From Oscillospiraceae bacterium (GTDB taxonomy: Bacteria > Bacillota > Clostridia > Oscillospirales > CAG-272): 64,000 nucleotides of DNA. The stretch covers positions 28,249-92,248 of the forward strand of contig SVQT01000003.1 of the NCBI GenBank assembly GCA_015065215.1. The letters are read 5' to 3'. The notes below the pieces were generated by a model. The model saw only the letters and a program-made list of their open reading frames with translations. It searched no databases and was not told the origin of the DNA. Shown piece by piece: positions 59,001 through 64,000 of this stretch (the stretch's first letter is position 1; each line of letters starts with the position of its first letter). Position numbers and translations under genes: made by a program.

Positions 59001-60296
59001 TCAGGCAAAGAAGGTCGCAAGCTCGGCAACAGAGACCGTGCTTTCTTCACGCGTCATTAGATTTTTGATTTTGACCACGCCGTTTGCCAGCTCGTCACCG
59101 CCCATGATGATCACGTGGCTATAGTGATCTTTTACGGCGTAGTCGATCTGCTTGCCGAATTTTTTGGCGCCCAGATACAAGGCGGCGGTGATACCGGCGC
59201 CTCGCAGCGTGTCTACCAAAGCGGTGTATTTTTCATACGGAACATCATCAAAACGGGTGACCAAAACCTTGGTGCCCTCGTGATCCAAGTTCGGTACTAA
59301 GCTGTGGGTGATCAAAAAGTTTTCCAGCGTTACGTCTCCCATTCCGTAGCCAACGCCCGAAATCTTAGCGTTTTTAACAAATAGCCCTACCAGGTTGTCA
59401 TAGCGGCCACCGCCGAACATGGCGCGGTTGTTTTCGGGGGCCAGATCAAAGACCTCGAATACAGTGCCGGTGTAATAGTCCAAACCGCGAATGATGCCAA
59501 AGTCAAACACGCAATACTTGTCAAGGCCTGTTTTTTCCAAAGCGTGAAACAAAGCGGTCAGCTCCTGCGCGCCCACCGAGTTGGGGCACAGTGCTGTCGC
59601 TTCTTTTACATTCATCGAATAAAGGGCGTCGATCTGCTCGATCTGTTCCTCAGATAGTCCCGCTTCTTCCATGGCGTTTTCATACGCTTCACGGGTGATC
59701 TTGTTTTTGCGATCCACCACCTTGGAGATTTTTTTGCTGCCCTCGGCATCGGTACCGGCAATGGCGGCGATGACATCATTAAAGAAACGGCGGTTGTTGA
59801 TGTGAACCTTGAACATGCTTTCGTCGGCACCGTAAGCGCGAAGGATCGCGATGGCGCTTTGCAGTACATCCAGATCCGCCTCAAAGGTGTCACAGCCGAA
59901 AATATCCACATTCAGCTGCCAGAATTCGCGCAAGCGCCCTCTTTGCGGGCGCTCATAGCGATACATGTTGGAAATGCAGAACCACTTGAGGGGGTAGTTG
60001 AGCTCTCCCATTTTGCCGGCGACCATACGGGCAACCGTGGGGGTCATTTCGGGGCGGATCGCAAGATCTCTGCCGCCGCGGTCGGTAAAGTTATAGGTCT
60101 GCTCCTTTGCCAATTCCTCACCGCTTTTGGCGGCGTAGAGGTCAAGGCTTTCCAGCATTGGGCCGTCATATTCGTCAAAACAGGCGTTTTCCAGCGTGCG
60201 GCGGATTTTACCAAAGAACCAGTTGCGCAGCTTCATATCCCGGGGATAAAAATCTCTTGTGCCTTTATAGGGAGTGACAGAAAGTTTAACGTCCAT
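59001..60296 (-). CDS. hisS: Histidine--tRNA ligase
   Basis: KGTRDFYP, IRPEMTP, RYERPQRGRLREFWQ, RGLDYYTG, GGGRYDNL motifs. Confidence 0.97.
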   Translation of the reverse strand: MDVKLSVTPYKGTRDFYPRDMKLRNWFFGKIRRTLENACFDEYDGPMLESLDLYAAKSGEELAKEQTYNFTDRGGRDLAIRPEMTPTVARMVAGKMGELNYPLKWFCISNMYRYERPQRGRLREFWQLNVDIFGCDTFEADLDVLQSAIAILRAYGADESMFKVHINNRRFFNDVIAAIAGTDAEGSKKISKVVDRKNKITREAYENAMEEAGLSEEQIEQIDALYSMNVKEATALCPNSVGAQELTALFHALEKTGLDKYCVFDFGIIRGLDYYTGTVFEVFDLAPENNRAMFGGGRYDNLVGLFVKNAKISGVGYGMGDVTLENFLITHSLVPNLDHEGTKVLVTRFDDVPYEKYTALVDTLRGAGITAALYLGAKKFGKQIDYAVKDHYSHVIIMGGDELANGVVKIKNLMTREESTVSVAELATFFA

Positions 60297-60461
60297 TTTT
60301 CGTCTACCTCTTAAAATAAATAATATGATTTTATATTATAACACAGAAAACCCCTTTTGTCTATACATCCGTCTTTTTTTCTTCAAAAAGAAAACCCTCT
60401 TTACAAGTGGCCCAAAAAGTGATAAAATAAGAGCAATACCGTGTGAGAGCAGGAGGGTTCT

Positions 60462-61154
60462 ATGAATAACGATATTTTTGGCAATCATGGATTTGAAGGC
60501 GGCATGAGCTTTGCCAGCGCTAATGAGGAGATCGAGCCTGCGCAGGCACCAGCGGCTGTGCCGATGACCAATGAGGAGCGGTTTATTCATATTTTCAAGA
60601 CCAAGATTCGCCGTGAGGGCTCTGAGCGATTGCTGGATTTTCTTTGCTCTGACAATTCAGATTTCTTCACCGCTCCCGCCAGTACCCGCTATCACGGTGC
60701 CCATCCGGGCGGGCTTTTAGAGCATAGCCTGAATGTGTATGACTGCCTTTGTGATTATTTGGCACGCCCCCGTGTCCGTGAGATCTACGGATTGGATTAT
60801 TCAGAAGAATCGGTTGCCATTGTGGCGCTTTTGCATGATCTTTGCAAGGTGAATTTCTATGTCGAGAGCACCCGGAACGTAAAAGAAAACGGTGTTTGGA
60901 AAACGGTCCCCTATTACACCATTGATGACCAGCTGCCTTACGGTCACGGTGAAAAATCGGTTTATATCGCTTCCGGCTATATGCGCCTTACCCGTGACGA
61001 GGCGTTTGCGATCCGCTATCATATGGGCTTTTCCGGATGTGAGGACGCCAACACGGTTGGCTCCGCGTTCGCAAAATTTCCCTTGGCAATGGCATTGGCG
61101 ACCGCTGATATGGAGGCGGCATATTTCCTGGAGGAAACCCCGGAGAAAAAATGA
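60462..61154 (+). CDS. HD-domain phosphohydrolase
   Basis: FFTAPASTRYHG..GGLLEHSLNV, LLHDLCK, GHGEKS, IRYHMG, AD motifs. Confidence 0.9.
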   Translation: MNNDIFGNHGFEGGMSFASANEEIEPAQAPAAVPMTNEERFIHIFKTKIRREGSERLLDFLCSDNSDFFTAPASTRYHGAHPGGLLEHSLNVYDCLCDYLARPRVREIYGLDYSEESVAIVALLHDLCKVNFYVESTRNVKENGVWKTVPYYTIDDQLPYGHGEKSVYIASGYMRLTRDEAFAIRYHMGFSGCEDANTVGSAFAKFPLAMALATADMEAAYFLEETPEKK

Positions 61155-62002
61155 TGAGAAAAAAATATCATACAGACCCCGTTGAGGGGGATCCCGCGGA
61201 TTTTGACGGTCAAACGGCGTGGGAAGACGAACCCGGCCGGGAGGAAGACGGCGATCGTGAAGCTCAGCCTCGTTTTGCTGAAAAAATCAAAAAAGGCCTG
61301 CCGTTTTTTTTGATATATGCCCGCTACTGGATGCCGCTAATTGTCGGCGTTGCGGCGTTGCTTTTTTCCTGTTGTTATATGACGAAAATAGCGGTGGGCG
61401 CTTCTTCTATGGAGCTGTCTATCGTGCGGCTTTACTTCAATGCCTTCAGTGCTGCCGGTGCCTATTGGCGGGGGAGCACCATACCTACCTTAAGCTGGTT
61501 TTACGGCCTGACCGTGGCCGGTGCCATCGTGGGGATTTTGCTGTTTTTGTCAGGCATGTTTTTGGCAATCCTTGCGGCAGTGACCTCATGGCGCGCCTTC
61601 AGGTCCGGTCACGAAAGTGAGCAAAGCAACCGGATGAAGGTAGCTTTTCAGATCCCGTTTGCCAATCGGATTCTTTTCTATCTGTCCACCTTGCTTTTCT
61701 TGGTTCCTGTTCTGTTCCCGGAGTACTTTTCCGCGATCGGACAGCATTTGCTTTTGCGCGGTGCCGGTGTAGGTGACGTGATCTATGTCATTCTCAACCG
61801 TCCGCTGATTATTGTGGGAGTGTTGTGCGTGCTTACATTGGTGCTTGCCATTATCAGCGTGCGCTTCGAGAAACGGTATAAAATGGATATGTTCTCGATT
61901 TGGTATGCTGAACAGGGCGACGAAGCAGGTGATGCGGACAGTGAGAATATGGGAGAGGAGCAGGCGAAATTTGAAGAAACCGACATGAACAGCGACCGCT
62001 GA
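61151..62002 (+). CDS. Hypothetical membrane protein (about 4 TM, acidic termini)
   Basis: Start overlaps the HD gene stop (ATGA). Four hydrophobic stretches. Confidence 0.7.
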   Translation: MMRKKYHTDPVEGDPADFDGQTAWEDEPGREEDGDREAQPRFAEKIKKGLPFFLIYARYWMPLIVGVAALLFSCCYMTKIAVGASSMELSIVRLYFNAFSAAGAYWRGSTIPTLSWFYGLTVAGAIVGILLFLSGMFLAILAAVTSWRAFRSGHESEQSNRMKVAFQIPFANRILFYLSTLLFLVPVLFPEYFSAIGQHLLLRGAGVGDVIYVILNRPLIIVGVLCVLTLVLAIISVRFEKRYKMDMFSIWYAEQGDEAGDADSENMGEEQAKFEETDMNSDR

Positions 62003-62037
62003 TTTCGCGTGGTCGATCTGATGCCCGCTTGACTTAT

Positions 62038-62086
62038 AAAAAGTCCGCCCGCTTTGCGTTTCAAACGCAAAGCGGGCGGACTTTTT
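62038..62086. terminator. Terminator (perfect 24-bp inverted repeat, 1-nt spacer)
   Basis: AAAAAGTCCGCCCGCTTTGCGTTT-c-AAACGCAAAGCGGGCGGACTTTTT. Confidence 0.8.
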
Positions 62087-62177
62087 CACATACCGAGGAG
62101 TGTCGCGTGAGCATTCTCATCCTAGCGTAATATGTTCGGTATTGATGGGCGGCAAAAAAATTTGCCATGCAGACCGC

Positions 62178-62212
62178 TTGTGACAGACTTTGCGTTTCTT
62201 CTGCGATATAAT
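62178..62212 (+). promoter_or_regulatory. Putative Spo0A-activated sigma-A promoter of the spoIIG operon
   Basis: GTGACA-N21-TATAAT. The over-long spacer and an imperfect reverse 0A-box (TGTGACA vs TTCGACA) at the -35 resemble the B. subtilis spoIIG promoter. Confidence 0.45.
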
Positions 62213-62229
62213 AAGCGAGAGGTGAGAGT

Positions 62230-63102
62230 GTGGAGCAAACGGTTTATGGCGACATTTTGTTTTTTGTGAATTTTTGCATGGATTTCCAATGCTTGTTTTT
62301 AACGGCAAAGCTGTTGCGTCGCCCATTTCGCCTTTGGCGCAGTGTGATTTTTGCCGCGGTGGGAGCATTGTATGCTTGTGTGGCGCTCTTTTTAGCAGTC
62401 TCTGGCATCTGGGCGTTTTTGGCTGATTGCGCTGTTTGTTTTCTGATGTGCGCTGGCGCTTTTTGGAGAAAAGAAGAAGCCTTTTGGCGCTTGCTTGTTC
62501 CTTTTGCCTTGTATTTCGGTGTTTCCTTTGCTGTGGGAGGCGTGATCAGCGGCATGGGGAGCCTGCTCGCTCATATAGAGGCGCCAATCGGTCTTGATGA
62601 CGGTGAAATTTCCTCGGTCGGCTTTTTCCTACTTGCCGCGGTGGGTGGGATCGCTACTTTTTTGTGGGGGCGGTTTTGTCAACGCCGCGCCAAGGGCAGG
62701 CGTGTTACCCTGACGGTAGAATGGGCGGGCAAACGGCTTGTGGTAGAAGGTTTGGTGGATACCGGCAACCTTTTACGGGATCCGGTTGGGGGCAAGTCGG
62801 TCGTTTTATTAAAAAAAGAGCGCGCAAAAGACTTTTTGCCGGCTCGCTTGCTTGCCGCTACCGAGCGGGGCCATGAAAGCGCCGTCGCGGAGCTCCCCGC
62901 GGAATTGGCGCGCCGCATTCGATGGGTTCCGGCCAGTACGGCGGTGGGGCGAGGTTTGCTTTTGGCCGTCAGCCCGGATCAAGCCTTTTTAGATGTGGGG
63001 AAAGGAAATGTCGCGGTGGAGCTACTACTGGCACCGGTCATCCTTTCTGAGGATTTGGGGGAATGCGAAGCGCTTCTCCCCGCTGAGCTGATCGTGGAGT
63101 AA
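62230..63102 (+). CDS. spoIIGA: Sigma-E processing aspartic protease
   Basis: VYGDILFFVNFCMD N-terminus, about 5 TM segments, catalytic DTGNLLRDP. Directly upstream of sigE. Confidence 0.93.
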   Translation: MEQTVYGDILFFVNFCMDFQCLFLTAKLLRRPFRLWRSVIFAAVGALYACVALFLAVSGIWAFLADCAVCFLMCAGAFWRKEEAFWRLLVPFALYFGVSFAVGGVISGMGSLLAHIEAPIGLDDGEISSVGFFLLAAVGGIATFLWGRFCQRRAKGRRVTLTVEWAGKRLVVEGLVDTGNLLRDPVGGKSVVLLKKERAKDFLPARLLAATERGHESAVAELPAELARRIRWVPASTAVGRGLLLAVSPDQAFLDVGKGNVAVELLLAPVILSEDLGECEALLPAELIVE

Positions 63103-63117
63103 AAGGAGGACAATGAT

Positions 63118-63819
63118 ATGAAACTATTTGATCGCATCAAAGCGTTTTTTGGAAAAATGTTTTGTCGCCCCCGCGGTGTTTATTATGTGAACGGTCCGGA
63201 TGTGTTGCCGGCCCCTCTTTCCAAAGAGGAGGAAAGCGAGGCGCTTGCCCGTTTACCGGAAGACGAGGCGGCAAAATCGTTGCTGATTGAACACAATTTG
63301 CGGCTTGTAGTTTATGTGGCGCGTCGTTTTGAGAATACCGGAACAAGCCTTGAGGATCTGGTCTCTATTGGCACGGTAGGATTGATCAAAGCGATCAATA
63401 CCTTTCGCGCGGATAAAAATATCAAGTTGGCTACTTACGCTTCCCGATGCATTGAAAACGAAATTTTAATGTATATTCGCAAAAGAAGCAATCAGCGGGG
63501 CGAGATTTCGATCGACGAGCCGCTCAACGTCGATTGGGATGGTAATGAATTGCTTTTGTCGGATGTGCTGGGGAGCGAGGAGGACAGCGTTGGATTTGAG
63601 CTGGAAAAAAGAGAGGAACGCCGTATTCTGCACGAAGCGGTAGCGGCGTTGCCGCCCCGTGAAAAATTGATTATTGAATTGCGGTTTGGCTTTTCCGGTC
63701 AACGTGAGATGACGCAAAAAGAGGTTGCTGACTTGCTGGGTATTTCGCAATCCTACATTTCACGCTTGGAAAAAAAGATTATCGCGGAGTTAAAAGGCGA
63801 AATCGCGGGAAAAATTTAA
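63118..63819 (+). CDS. sigE: Sporulation sigma factor sigma-E (pro-sigE)
   Basis: Basic/hydrophobic pro-sequence, [54 protein letters not shown] motifs. Confidence 0.97.
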   Translation: MKLFDRIKAFFGKMFCRPRGVYYVNGPDVLPAPLSKEEESEALARLPEDEAAKSLLIEHNLRLVVYVARRFENTGTSLEDLVSIGTVGLIKAINTFRADKNIKLATYASRCIENEILMYIRKRSNQRGEISIDEPLNVDWDGNELLLSDVLGSEEDSVGFELEKREERRILHEAVAALPPREKLIIELRFGFSGQREMTQKEVADLLGISQSYISRLEKKIIAELKGEIAGKI

Positions 63820-63838
63820 AAAATAATTTTAAAACCTA

Positions 63839-63867
63839 TTGCAATCGAAGAAAAAATATGTTATAAT
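63839..63867 (+). promoter_or_regulatory. Sigma-A promoter of rpmE
   Basis: TTGCAA-N17-TATAAT with extended -10 TGn. Confidence 0.75.
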
Positions 63868-63900
63868 CAACTGTAATTTGTAAAAAGCGAGGTGTAAAAC

Positions 63901-64000
63901 ATGAAAGCAGGAATTCATCCGACCTATGAGGACTGCACCATCATTTGCGCATGCGGCAATGTGGTGAAAACCAAGTCTACCAACGGCGGGGAAATGAAGG
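63901..64000 (+). CDS. rpmE: 50S ribosomal protein L31 (Cys-containing form), truncated by the window end
   Basis: [36 protein letters not shown]. Confidence 0.95.
   Translation, partial: MKAGIHPTYEDCTIICACGNVVKTKSTNGGEMK

Overview
A gene-dense chromosomal window from a spore-forming Clostridia bacterium (spoIIR, gpr, spoIIGA-sigE present; Oscillospirales-like by gene content, which is inference). It is mostly housekeeping genes (ligA, gltX-glnS, hisS, truB, trmB, ychF, aspartokinase, rpmE, tRNA-Lys-UUU), plus carbohydrate enzymes (GH116 fragment, GH127-like, uxaC, AlsE-like epimerase, an unclassified GH-like protein), transporters, many phosphoesterases and a two-component/HtrA/MgtC-MgtC cluster. 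I found no CRISPR array, prophage, integrase or transposase. The most unusual signals are absent from the ORF track. (i) Two AT-rich islets share one architecture: a small DNA-binding regulator divergent from an AbrB-family ORF. One AbrB is complete but starts at ACG; the other is a 17-aa fragment with a consensus promoter, RBS and terminator. (ii) Two genes have ACG-AAA as their only well-positioned start. (iii) A perfect 32-bp inverted repeat overlaps the 3' end of a tRNA-Lys that has a C3:A70 mismatch. (iv) The MacB-like ABC fusion has a frameshift in its last helix. (v) A lone MutS-domain-V ATPase sits in a PHP-Lrp-aminotransferase operon. Product calls come from motif recognition by eye; no database search was run.
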